Source: an uncultured Candidatus Saccharibacteria bacterium
Lineage (GTDB): Bacteria; Patescibacteriota; Minisyncoccia; Phycocordibacterales; UBA2100
Direction: 5' to 3'
NCBI GenBank assembly: GCA_964471165.1
Contig: CAYYEX010000002.1
Location: 124,965-188,964 of the forward strand
Length of the DNA: 64,000 nucleotides
The stretch's first letter is position 1, and each line of letters opens with the position of its first letter. The notes beneath the pieces are model-generated. The model had not been told where the DNA came from, did not search any database, and saw only the letters and a list, made by a program, of their open reading frames with translations. A program made the translations under genes and the position numbers. Below are positions 1 through 8,706 of this stretch, piece by piece.

Positions 1-188
1 AGCGATGCTGCCACGGCGATTTCCAAAAGTGCATACCCGCGTGCCACCATGTCGAGCTTTGAAATATTCGCCCACGAGCTGTAGGCAAACATTACCGAGA
101 GTGCGATTCGAATAAAGGTTGCAGCGAAAATGCTTAAGAAAAGAATTTCGTGAATCAGTGCGAAGAGTCGCGGGATATGCTCGAACAT
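1..188 (-). CDS. partial membrane protein (N-terminal part; runs off window edge)
   Basis: reverse strand from ATG (rc of cat at 186-188) reads MFEHIPRLFALIHEILFLSIFAATFIRIALSVMFAYSSWANI..., hydrophobic, no stop before window edge. Confidence 0.3.
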   Translation of the reverse strand, partial: MFEHIPRLFALIHEILFLSIFAATFIRIALSVMFAYSSWANISKLDMVARGYALLEIAVAAS

Positions 189-195
189 TCTGTTT

Positions 196-330
196 AGTAT
201 ACCCCGTGAGATAAAATCGAACAGATTTTAGCGACCCAACTAAGCGACTATCTCATGGGGTATACCCCGTGAGATAAAACCTAAAAGATATTCAGAGGTG
301 GGTTTGAGTCTCTATCTCATGGGGTATACA
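196..330. promoter_or_regulatory. array of four 17-19 bp half-sites in symmetric arrangement (TATACCCCGTGAGATAAAA / CTATCTCATGGGGTATA) in a divergent intergenic region
   Basis: copies at 198-216 (+), 248-264 (-), 261-279 (+, forms a perfect-armed palindrome with the previous copy around a TATA core), 311-329 (-); whole array mirror-symmetric about ~262. Confidence 0.5.
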
Positions 331-346
331 GTGCCCGTAATCACCT

Positions 347-817
347 ATGCAAAAACGCGCCATATTGCTGCACAACATCCGCAGCTCCCATAATGTTGGG
401 TCCATTTTTCGTACTGCTGACGGTGCGGGGGTAACCCAAATTATTCTCTCTGGCTACACACCCACGCCGATCGATAAGTTCGGTCGGCCACAAAAAGATA
501 TTGCAAAAACTGCGCTCGGTGCTGAGCGCACGATTACGTGGTCCTACGTTAAAACACCAATCACTACAATTCGCCGTATGAAAAAAGAGGGGGTACATAT
601 TGTGGGCGTTGAGCAGGATTCGCGTTCAATCGACTACCGCATGTTTACCGAAAGTGGCCCCACATTGTATTTGCTCGGAAACGAAGTCCGAGGGCTTTCA
701 AAGTCGCTGCGCGATACATGCGACACGCTTGTAGAAATTCCTATGTACGGAAAAAAAGAATCACTCAACGTATCCGTTGCCGCGGGAATCGTGTTGTTCT
801 CCACCATCAGTAACTAA
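347..817 (+). CDS. SpoU/TrmH-family RNA 2'-O-methyltransferase (TrmL-sized, 156 aa)
   Basis: motifs LLHNIRSSHNVGSIFRTADGAG, LLGNEVRGLS, IPMYGKKESLNVSVAAGIVLF typical of SPOUT methyltransferases. Confidence 0.8.
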   Translation: MQKRAILLHNIRSSHNVGSIFRTADGAGVTQIILSGYTPTPIDKFGRPQKDIAKTALGAERTITWSYVKTPITTIRRMKKEGVHIVGVEQDSRSIDYRMFTESGPTLYLLGNEVRGLSKSLRDTCDTLVEIPMYGKKESLNVSVAAGIVLFSTISN

Positions 818-1763
818 GTGTTGCAACGGCGCGTCCCTCCTCATCGGTAAGCACTATCGTGTCGCCGGTATTCTCCCATAGCTCGCTGCTTGATGATTCA
901 TATGCGCGCCACGTGCTGAGCATGTTTGTTGTTCCGTATGCACGCACACATCCGCTATATGTAAACGAGTTTGATAGAAATGTGCGGCACGTAGGCGATA
1001 CATCGTTCGGTATGCTTGTTGGGTAGCTGCACTGTGGCAGGTGTTCAACAAAATTCAGACACGACGAACCGTATCGCGCCTCATTCTCACTTGTGCGAGG
1101 CAAGAGGTTTGTTGGTCGCAAGCATGCGTTCGATAGTGGCGGCGAAAACCGTTGTGTTTGTGCCAAATATCCGGTGCATCCCGATTCGCGGAATGAAACG
1201 CCGACAGGAGACACCCCGGAGGAGACAACCACACTCTCACCGGCATTCAATACAATCGGTCGAACTCTGTTCACGGAACCCTGAATAAACGGAGACGCTG
1301 CAAGTGGTACCACGGCACGCGTTCCCGTGCGTGCACTCTGCAGCTTCCATCCCGAAACAGTAATCGGTGTTCCCACAGAAACCGTGGCGCGTATCACTAT
1401 GTATTCGTCGCTCGGACTCGAGCTTTGTGCCGCACCGATTTGCAGCTCCACATACCCCACATACGGAGATGGCCCATCTGAGCGATTTCCGTAATTTACG
1501 TCGTAGAGAGCGTCGGTGGGGTTTTCGTAGTCGGCAGCGCCGTATTCCATTTCGTCTGCGCCAGAAGTTGTGTCTTCTACCTGGAAAAATTCCGGCTGCC
1601 CCGGGAGTTGGTAGAGGTTATCTGAAGTTGATGTTGCATTCAAAGGGTTTGGAATAATTTCGGCGAACTTGGCGATTTTCCAGTACCCACCTTGCCAGAG
1701 CCAGAGTGCAATGAGCGACAAAACCATCGCGACCGCTATCCACTTCAAGATGGTCAGAATCAT
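807..1763 (-). CDS. membrane-anchored lamin-tail-domain (LTD) protein
   Basis: internal ATG at 1761-1763 gives MILTILKWIAVAMVLSLIALWLW TM anchor; LTD signature YVGYVELQIGAA...EYIVIRAT...TVSGWKLQS and C-terminal DTIVLTDEEGRAVATLSY; the longer ORF start would overlap the upstream gene. Confidence 0.65.
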   Translation of the reverse strand: MILTILKWIAVAMVLSLIALWLWQGGYWKIAKFAEIIPNPLNATSTSDNLYQLPGQPEFFQVEDTTSGADEMEYGAADYENPTDALYDVNYGNRSDGPSPYVGYVELQIGAAQSSSPSDEYIVIRATVSVGTPITVSGWKLQSARTGTRAVVPLAASPFIQGSVNRVRPIVLNAGESVVVSSGVSPVGVSFRESGCTGYLAQTQRFSPPLSNACLRPTNLLPRTSENEARYGSSCLNFVEHLPQCSYPTSIPNDVSPTCRTFLSNSFTYSGCVRAYGTTNMLSTWRAYESSSSELWENTGDTIVLTDEEGRAVATLSY

Positions 1764-1770
1764 GCACTCA

Positions 1771-3042
1771 TTATACCGATGCCTGGAGACACTTTGCGAT
1801 TTCTTCGCGTGCGACAGCGGCGTCACTCCACGGCTGGTATGTTCCACCTGGGCCCGCAATGTTCGGGTCAGTTCCTTTTCCTGTTATGAGCACCGCATCT
1901 CCGGTATGCGCAAGTGAAATAGCTTTTGCAATTGCTAAGCGGCGGTCCATGATTATTTCCGGTTTAATCTTCATGCCATCGGCCAGTGCGTGCACTATAT
2001 CTTCTGGTTTTTCATCGTATGGGTCTTCGTTGGTGAGAATCACGTGGTCACAATATTTCTCTGCAACACCTCCCATAACAGGGCGTTTCCATACGTCGCG
2101 TCCACCACCGGTCGAACCAAGCACACACACTAACTTGCGCTTTACCCCTACCGTAGTCGAGGGGATGGAGTAAGCCTTGTAGAGTGCTTCGAGTGAATCC
2201 GGTGTATGTGCGTAGTCCACAATAACCGTAAAATCCTGTCCGGCTTCTATTCTCTGGGCCCGCCCGGGAATAATTGAAACCTTTCCGAGTGCGAGCGCAA
2301 TGGTTGCAGGGGCAACGCCGAGTGCACGAGTCACGAGCGCGGCGGCAATTCCATTTTGCAGAGAAAAGTCTCCAGGAAGTGGGATGGTGACGCGTGTTTG
2401 TTCGAGTGTGAAGTACCCACTGCGGTCGTTGGATTCGCAAGGGGCAAAGTTTTGCTGCGCAAATCCGATAGGGGATTCAACGGGGAGCGCAAGATACCGA
2501 ATACCCTGGGCATCGTTTGCATTTGCAACCATGATACGTGGTCGTTTCGAGGATTGTACGAGCGAGAGACCGAGGGAAAATTTTGCGTCAGCATACGCCT
2601 CATATGAGCCGTGAGACTCAATGTGTTCTGGAGCGAGATTTGTAAACACGAGCGCGTTGAGTGCAATCGCACGGTGGCGATACTGCCGCGCGCCTTCGGA
2701 TGTCATTTCAAGGACAACGGCCGTGCACCCCTTTTTTAGAGCTTCCGCAAGAAAACGCTGGATATACATTCTTCCCGGCATCGACATGCGCATCGTGTTC
2801 GGCTTTGACTCTGCGCCAACCTTGATTCGAATCGAATTTAAAAGCGCGACAGTGTACCCAGCTTCTTCCAGGATAGCGGTAATCATCTCCGTTGTGCTGG
2901 ATTTGCCTTTTGTGCCGGTAACTCCGATAACAATAAGCTTCTGCGAAGGGAATCCGTATAAGAATGCACCGAAGTATGCGAGAAAGAGGTGATAAGCCGG
3001 AAGCAATCCGAGCGAGACAACAATGTTTCTGAGCGAGTCCAT
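1771..3042 (-). CDS. Mur ligase family protein (MurE-like UDP-N-acetylmuramyl-peptide ligase) with short hydrophobic N-terminus
   Basis: P-loop VIGVTGTKGKSST, DYAHTPDSLEA motif, Mur ligase middle and C domains; the N-terminal domain is shorter than canonical MurE so exact paralogue is uncertain. Confidence 0.6.
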   Translation of the reverse strand: MDSLRNIVVSLGLLPAYHLFLAYFGAFLYGFPSQKLIVIGVTGTKGKSSTTEMITAILEEAGYTVALLNSIRIKVGAESKPNTMRMSMPGRMYIQRFLAEALKKGCTAVVLEMTSEGARQYRHRAIALNALVFTNLAPEHIESHGSYEAYADAKFSLGLSLVQSSKRPRIMVANANDAQGIRYLALPVESPIGFAQQNFAPCESNDRSGYFTLEQTRVTIPLPGDFSLQNGIAAALVTRALGVAPATIALALGKVSIIPGRAQRIEAGQDFTVIVDYAHTPDSLEALYKAYSIPSTTVGVKRKLVCVLGSTGGGRDVWKRPVMGGVAEKYCDHVILTNEDPYDEKPEDIVHALADGMKIKPEIIMDRRLAIAKAISLAHTGDAVLITGKGTDPNIAGPGGTYQPWSDAAVAREEIAKCLQASV

Positions 3043-3057
3043 AGGTGCGCAGTCAGG

Positions 3058-3642
3058 TTACTTACCCATGATTTTGAGCGCTTCGCGCAGGCGCTCTGTG
3101 CCGCCTGTGATATCTGAGGGAACTTTACGCAGCGTGTCACGCGCCTCTGCAGCGGAGTAGCCAAGTGCGCGCAGCGCTTCAAGGGCATCTTCGTCGCCCT
3201 TGAGTGAGGCATCAGTTCCAGCAGCGGATACACCAACTTTGTCGCGCAATTCAATAATTATTTTTTCAGCAGTTTTTTTGCCAATTCCCGAAACGTTCGT
3301 AAGGTAGCCGGAGTTCCCGCTACTAATTGCACTGCGTAGTGTTTCGATAGTCGCAATGTCGAGAACCGCGAGCGCGGACTTAGGTCCGATGCCAGAAACA
3401 GAGAGCAGCATCTCAAAAAAACGCATCTCCTCTTCTGTGTGGAATCCATAGAGGTCGAGCACGTCTTCGCGCACAATAAGATGAGTCCAGAGAGCTGCTT
3501 GGGAACCGATAGAAAGGGAGGCGAGCGCCGAGCGCGTTGCAGCAACTTTGTATCCCACGCCACCCGCCGAGATAATCGCGTAGCCTGTGCGGAGTACTTT
3601 CACATCACCTGAGATTGAGCCAATCATAAACGGATAGTGCAA
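3058..3642 (-). CDS. ruvA: Holliday junction DNA helicase RuvA
   Basis: MIGSISGDV start, HhH motifs GIGPKSALAVL / GIGKKTAEKII, C-terminal RuvB-binding domain, 194 aa. Confidence 0.9.
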   Translation of the reverse strand: MHYPFMIGSISGDVKVLRTGYAIISAGGVGYKVAATRSALASLSIGSQAALWTHLIVREDVLDLYGFHTEEEMRFFEMLLSVSGIGPKSALAVLDIATIETLRSAISSGNSGYLTNVSGIGKKTAEKIIIELRDKVGVSAAGTDASLKGDEDALEALRALGYSAAEARDTLRKVPSDITGGTERLREALKIMGK

Positions 3643-3680
3643 TCATAGCGCGGGAAATGTGCCCTGCCGAGTCGAATGAC

Positions 3681-3709
3681 TTGCATTAGAGCGGTTTTTT
3701 GCGTAGTAT
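3681..3709 (+). promoter_or_regulatory. sigma70-like promoter (TTGCAT-17-TAGTAT) for rpsT, likely leaderless
   Basis: -35 TTGCAT 3681-3686, 17-nt spacer, -10 TAGTAT 3704-3709, ATG of rpsT at 3717. Confidence 0.4.
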
Positions 3710-3716
3710 CCCGGGA

Positions 3717-3983
3717 ATGGCAAATACGTCATCAGCAAAAAAGGCAGAACGAGTTTCCGAGCGACGCTACGTGTTCAACGCGCGCCGCAAGAAGACTATG
3801 AAAGACAGCGTGAAAACGACCTCTAAACTCGTTGCTGCAAAGAAAATCAAAGATGCTGAAAAGTCTCTCCCAGCCCTTTTTAAGGCTATCGACAAGGCTG
3901 CAAAAAACGGCACCATCAAGAAAAACACCGCCTCGAGAATGAAGTCACGTCTCTCCAAACAGGTGAACGCTGCGAAGGCATAA
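3717..3983 (+). CDS. rpsT: 30S ribosomal protein S20
   Basis: MANTSSAKKAERVSERRYVFNARRKK... basic helical protein with S20 N-terminal signature; internal ATG chosen because it follows the promoter. Confidence 0.85.
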   Translation: MANTSSAKKAERVSERRYVFNARRKKTMKDSVKTTSKLVAAKKIKDAEKSLPALFKAIDKAAKNGTIKKNTASRMKSRLSKQVNAAKA

Positions 3984-3998
3984 CCCACTTGTCCCCGT

Positions 3999-6900
3999 GT
4001 GCGAATTGCTGATGCGCCCGAGAGGGCGCATCATTGCGTTATGCGCCGTAAGGACATCGGGGATTTTCTTAATGCTGAACGCAAAATTTCTCCACTCACT
4101 GCGTTTTCACTCCTTGTCGTAGCAGGCTTCGTTGCCGGCTCTTTGCAGCTCGTTGCACCGCGCACCACCGACACGATTGCAATCACCGCGACAGCTGTGC
4201 AGGCGCGCGAGTCGATGACTGCGGCAACAGCTGCTGCCCCGGCGACCACAAATTCTCTCAATACCAGTTTTCCGAAAGATTGTGAGACGGCGATTAAAGG
4301 TGCGCTCGGAAAGAGCCAAAGTAACGGTACGTACTCGGTAGACAAAGGGAGTTCGGGGAAAATGGATTCCTGTTTTGCTGCAGTGCTCGCCGACCCAGTT
4401 CGTTCAGTACCGAGCCAAAACCCCGCCGACTATAAATGTGTCGGCCGAAGTGGAAAAGTCACCATTACACCGATACAAGCTTCTTCGGTCATGGACGCGG
4501 ATAAAAGCGTACCGGCGGGCAGCTGCAAGGTGAAGGTTTGTCAGCCGTTTCAGTACATGGAGGGGCAATACATGAAGGTAAATGAAAACTGCAGCGAAGC
4601 GAAACAAATGAAACCGGGCGAGAGTACGACCGGCACACCGGCTATCCCCGAAGGAAAGTTACCGGCCCCATATTCAGTTCCCTCGACACCTACTCCAACA
4701 GGTTCACAAACACCAACACCGAATGCACCGGGAGCTGGAGGAGCGGGCGAAAGTGGGGGAGGTGGTGCACCAGGCTCAACACCCGCAACTCCAGACCCAA
4801 CAAAGCCAAACACCGACGCAGACGAAATTAAAAAAATCCAAATCGGAACTGATGCAGATGGCAAGCCCATTTACGCTGCGGAAGAAGTGGCAAAACCCGA
4901 CGCGGTCGTACCGAAAGGCGATGCAGCAAATATTGGAGCCGGTAGCGGTAGTTGCGAACGCGGCGGCACATGTGCGGGCGACGAGCGCTCACAAACTGCA
5001 CCTGGTACTGCCAGCTGCGAGCGCGGTGGCACCTGCATCGGCGACGAACGTTCTCAAACAAGTACATTCAGCAGCTGCGAACGTGGGGGCACGTGTGCGG
5101 GCGACGACCGCTCACAGCCTGCACCTGCAACGGGCAGCTGCGAACGTGGTGGCACATGCCCTGGTGACGAACGCTCGCAACCTGCCGTGTGGGGCCCTAC
5201 AAATTGCGAACGCGGTGGCACGTGTGCAGGTGACGACCGCTCTGAACCAGCTCGGCTTGAGCCTGCTACACGAGGGTTAAATGGCAGATGGACTAGTGCA
5301 GAAGACGAAATGCGCCAACTCGAAAATCCTACGTTGCGCGACCAACCGACCAATGATGACGATATGCGTCGAGCCGAAAATCCAACACTACGCGATCAAC
5401 CCACAAATGATGATGATATGCGTCGAGCCGAGGATCCGAAATTGCGCGAACCCGCAAAAACAGATGCTCCTTACAGCGATGTAACAGATGCTTCCAATTC
5501 ACCAATTGATTGCGACAGTAAAAGCATGTGCCGCTCCTATCCCAAGGAGCAAAAAGATATTGAGACACTACAGAAGGCGGGATTCACCTGCACAAGCGAC
5601 CAGGGGAGTTCGGCATACTGCTACAAAGATAATTCGAAAGGCCCCGCAGTTACTGATCCAAAAACGAAACCAGGTGGTTGTGAACGCGGCGGCACCTGTC
5701 CAGGCGACGACCGCTCCAAGCCGGCTCCGACGCCAGCACCAGCTCCAGCACCGGCGCCTGGGCCGGGTGGTGGTGGAGGCGGAAGCGGTGGTGGTGGAAC
5801 CGGGGGAGGAGGCTCAGGTGGTGGAGCAGGGGGACTTGGCTCGCTCCTGAGTGGTCTCATGAAGGGCATGGGAGGAGGCTCACCAGCACAGCAGCCACAG
5901 CAACCGGCACAGCAATGCCAAACCGACCCACAGGCATATGCTCGGCAGCAAGAGCAGTACAACTATCAGTTGCAACAGTACAACTACCAGCTCCAGCAAT
6001 ACAACTATCAACAGCAGCAAAATTCTCAGTACGGCCAATCGTCGTATGCAAGCGCACCTGTGCCACCACGACCGTGTTCACAGGGTGGAGCAGGGCAGTG
6101 CCCTGCAATGCCCGCCCAGCCAAATGCGTCGGCCTGTCCGAACGGCACGTGGCGACAAATGACCACCACGCTTGGTTCAGGTTCGGTCTGTCCAGTTTGG
6201 CAGTGTGTAGTCGGAACAACGCCAACAGCACAACTCACGTGTCAGCCGGGAGTCGCAGAAGACGGAACGAAGGTCACACTTACATATTCATGCACAAACT
6301 CGCTTATGAGCACGGGCTACGGATTTGTAACAGGTGGGGCAACATCGGGTTCAACAAGCACGATAATTGTTAATCCACCGGCAAATGCAGGGGGAATAAA
6401 TTATGCGCTCAAGTGTGAGAATGGAAGCGCTTCGGCTGGCGCACAGTGTCAGGTACAAATCGCAAAAGTATCGATTTCCCTAAAGGCCTCACCAGAGGTA
6501 ACGCGAATCGGTGACAAGGCGCTCATTGGGTGGGTAACAACAGGCATGGAATCATGTGTAGTTTCGAGCCCCGACCAGCAAGACTTTACGGACCGCAATG
6601 CCAACAACAAGCGCACATCCGGTATTGCAACCACATCCCCAATCACCAGTACGTCTGACTTCTATCTCAACTGCGTTACCCTCACGGGTAGTACGCGCGA
6701 GGAAATGGTAACAGTGGAGGCGTACCAGCCGGGCACGGTTACCACCTCGATTGAAAACCGTACAAATGTGCAACGGGGACAGGTAGCAACTATTCAGTGG
6801 AGCTTCCCAGATGCTCCTGATGTTTCTGCGGTTGCGCTCTGGCTCTTCAGTGTCGAAGACCAAAAAAGTGTTGCACTCATTGTGGGACACAAAGCAAAGA

Positions 6901-7121
6901 CGGGTAGCTACACCTGGAATCTACCGGAAGAGAGCGAGCCATGTAATTCGTCGTCATCACTTGTTTGCGGAACCGATTTGATTCCAGGACGCACATACCA
7001 AGTTCTTGCGTCGCTCTACACGCCGCCGAATGCCGGACTCGGAGAGTTTGGCGATTCAAGCCTCCCTGCGCCACAGTTTCTGGATAGCCCAACAACGAGG
7101 AGTTTCAAGATTCAGCAGTAA
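3999..7121 (+). CDS. large membrane-anchored/secreted repeat protein (8x Cys-containing CERGGTCxGD[DE]RS repeats, Pro/Gly linkers, Q/N/Y-rich low-complexity segment)
   Basis: N-terminal TM (LTAFSLLVVAGFVAGSLQLVAP); alternative start ATG 4041; tandem 14-aa Cys repeats; 2.5x NPTLRDQPTNDDDMRRAE; GGGGSGGGG linker; QQYNYQLQQYNYQ region; no recognisable enzymatic motif. Confidence 0.7.
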   Translation: MRIADAPERAHHCVMRRKDIGDFLNAERKISPLTAFSLLVVAGFVAGSLQLVAPRTTDTIAITATAVQARESMTAATAAAPATTNSLNTSFPKDCETAIKGALGKSQSNGTYSVDKGSSGKMDSCFAAVLADPVRSVPSQNPADYKCVGRSGKVTITPIQASSVMDADKSVPAGSCKVKVCQPFQYMEGQYMKVNENCSEAKQMKPGESTTGTPAIPEGKLPAPYSVPSTPTPTGSQTPTPNAPGAGGAGESGGGGAPGSTPATPDPTKPNTDADEIKKIQIGTDADGKPIYAAEEVAKPDAVVPKGDAANIGAGSGSCERGGTCAGDERSQTAPGTASCERGGTCIGDERSQTSTFSSCERGGTCAGDDRSQPAPATGSCERGGTCPGDERSQPAVWGPTNCERGGTCAGDDRSEPARLEPATRGLNGRWTSAEDEMRQLENPTLRDQPTNDDDMRRAENPTLRDQPTNDDDMRRAEDPKLREPAKTDAPYSDVTDASNSPIDCDSKSMCRSYPKEQKDIETLQKAGFTCTSDQGSSAYCYKDNSKGPAVTDPKTKPGGCERGGTCPGDDRSKPAPTPAPAPAPAPGPGGGGGGSGGGGTGGGGSGGGAGGLGSLLSGLMKGMGGGSPAQQPQQPAQQCQTDPQAYARQQEQYNYQLQQYNYQLQQYNYQQQQNSQYGQSSYASAPVPPRPCSQGGAGQCPAMPAQPNASACPNGTWRQMTTTLGSGSVCPVWQCVVGTTPTAQLTCQPGVAEDGTKVTLTYSCTNSLMSTGYGFVTGGATSGSTSTIIVNPPANAGGINYALKCENGSASAGAQCQVQIAKVSISLKASPEVTRIGDKALIGWVTTGMESCVVSSPDQQDFTDRNANNKRTSGIATTSPITSTSDFYLNCVTLTGSTREEMVTVEAYQPGTVTTSIENRTNVQRGQVATIQWSFPDAPDVSAVALWLFSVEDQKSVALIVGHKAKTGSYTWNLPEESEPCNSSSSLVCGTDLIPGRTYQVLASLYTPPNAGLGEFGDSSLPAPQFLDSPTTRSFKIQQ
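4945..5460 (+). repeat. intragenic tandem repeats (eight ~57-60 nt units encoding SCERGGTCxGDxRSQ, then 2.5 units of a 54-nt NPTLRDQPTNDDDMRRAE repeat)
   Basis: repeated tgcgaacg(c/t)gg(c/t)ggcac(a/c/g)tg... units visible directly in the DNA. Confidence 0.75.
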
Positions 7122-7168
7122 ACGGCGGCTGGATTTCGATGCGACTCTACGTTAGACTCCATCGCAAC

Positions 7169-7240
7169 GCTCCCGTCGTTCAACGGATAGGATGCATCCT
7201 TGCGGAGGATGTGATGTAGGTTCGATTCCTGCCGGGAGCA
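7169..7240 (+). tRNA. tRNA-Arg (anticodon read as GCG)
   Basis: acceptor GCTCCCG/CGGGAGC, anticodon stem CATCC/GGATG with loop TTGCGGA, T-arm GTAGG-TTCGATT-CCTGC, discriminator A; D-stem weak (two G-U pairs); followed by terminator hairpin CCTGCC-GGAA-GGCAGG TTTT. Confidence 0.55.
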
Positions 7241-7539
7241 CAACGCACGAAACCTGCCGGAAGGCAGGTTTTGTGGTTGTAACTCCCGGAGAGTGAGCGC
7301 GGTGCGCTCACTCGTCAGGAATCGAAAGGCTGCGCGAGGCGTCCGTTTAGCAAAACGGACCGCGCTGCCAGGGTCGAGAAATTTTTTGGCTCGGCGGAGA
7401 CAAAAAATGTTCTTGACAGGTTCCTGCCTCCCTTTTTTGCGACGGCAAAAGTTTAGTCGAGGGAGATTCCTGCCCGAAAAACTGTTCGTATCCCCGTGTG
7501 TGCATTGCGCCGAAGGAGCATCAACGCGATGATACATGT

Positions 7540-8706
7540 ATGAGAGTTCGCCAGTCTGGCACATCGGTACTCGCCGCGCTTGTATTCGTTGCTATTTTTG
7601 TACTGTTTATTTCTGGCTACAAAATTGCGTCGCAGAGCGCAGGTGAACAAGCGGCTGCCGCAGCGTCTGCTTTGAAGCACGCTGTCACCTGTGCGCCTGG
7701 AAGTGTTTACACCGTCGACATGCAGGTCGGCTCCGGCAGCATTACCTCGGCTTCTTGTTTCAAACCAGATTCGCGTGAACCGTCGGGGATGGCTGCCAGC
7801 GTCGACTACGGCACAGCTGCGTGCAACCAGGCCAATATGTCCAAGTGTGTCGTAAATTACTGCCCCCCCTCCTCATATGTGACACAATCGGGAACATGTT
7901 TCGATGTCGCCGTGTGCGACAACGACAGCTGTCTGAAAGCCGCAATCCAAAACGGTTCACAGCCGATGCAAGCGGCGAATATTATTGCCGCTCGAGTACT
8001 CAACGATCGCGGAGCAAAGACTATTCGTTCACCCGGCTCAAGCGAGCCACTCGCACTTGCCGATATGCTCAGCGAGAGCGGCCGTACGTTCGTGGGAAAT
8101 GTTATCGAGCAAACAGCGCAAGCCGCTGCCGCGAATAACTTCGATGAGGATGCAATCAGTGAAATTGCTGACGGGATTCGGGATGCCACTCCAGTAGGTC
8201 CTGCCAGTGGGCCCGCCGCCCAGATTTCATGTCAGCCGAAGATTGCGGAATCCGGAATGAAAGTGGGCATTGCGTTTGGATGTGCAAACTCAGTTTCTAG
8301 TATCGGCGGTGGATTTTCCACCGGGGAAAGATTGTGGGGAGCGACCGAAGAACGAATTGAACCGAATCTTCCAAATGGCACCATGACGTACGAGCTCTCA
8401 TGTTCAGACGGGATACGCTCTGCGAGCGCGTCGTGCTCGGTGGCAGTGATGAAGCCATTTATGTTGCTCACGTCACAATCCGACGAAACAGCAACGTCGT
8501 TTGCATGGGTGACCCGCGGCATGGATGTGTGCGAGCTCTCCGCAGCAGATGATACAGAGCTCTCAGTACAATTTCAAAATCCGATACCGCAGGGCGGCGC
8601 TCTCTCTGTGCCGACTATTACGAAAGATACAAACGTGACACTTATGTGCACCACCGTAGGGGGCACCGTAAAAGAGGTAACGACGACGATACACGCAGTG
8701 CGCTAA
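7540..8706 (+). CDS. secreted Cys-rich hypothetical protein
   Basis: internal start MRVRQSGTSVLAALVFVAIFVLFISG signal anchor, many Cys, no known motif. Confidence 0.6.
   Translation: MRVRQSGTSVLAALVFVAIFVLFISGYKIASQSAGEQAAAAASALKHAVTCAPGSVYTVDMQVGSGSITSASCFKPDSREPSGMAASVDYGTAACNQANMSKCVVNYCPPSSYVTQSGTCFDVAVCDNDSCLKAAIQNGSQPMQAANIIAARVLNDRGAKTIRSPGSSEPLALADMLSESGRTFVGNVIEQTAQAAAANNFDEDAISEIADGIRDATPVGPASGPAAQISCQPKIAESGMKVGIAFGCANSVSSIGGGFSTGERLWGATEERIEPNLPNGTMTYELSCSDGIRSASASCSVAVMKPFMLLTSQSDETATSFAWVTRGMDVCELSAADDTELSVQFQNPIPQGGALSVPTITKDTNVTLMCTTVGGTVKEVTTTIHAVR

Noticed and set aside
196-330. Possible CRISPR array from the repeated 19-mers
   Set aside because: Copies alternate in orientation and form palindromes, spacers are irregular, and no cas genes are adjacent. 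A regulatory or inverted-repeat element is more consistent.
5621-5962. Pro-rich 113-aa minus-strand ORF (PPPEPPPPVPPPP)
   Set aside because: It is the antisense reading of the Gly/Pro-rich linker of the 3999-7121 gene, a typical high-GC shadow ORF.
7245-7275. GGAA-tetraloop hairpin resembling SRP RNA helix 8
   Set aside because: The stem is perfectly paired with no asymmetric internal loops and is followed by a T-tract, so it behaves as a simple terminator of the tRNA.
7112-7564. 150-aa minus-strand ORF
   Set aside because: It overlaps tRNA-Arg and its terminator hairpins, has arginine-rich junk-like composition, and lies in an intergenic region.
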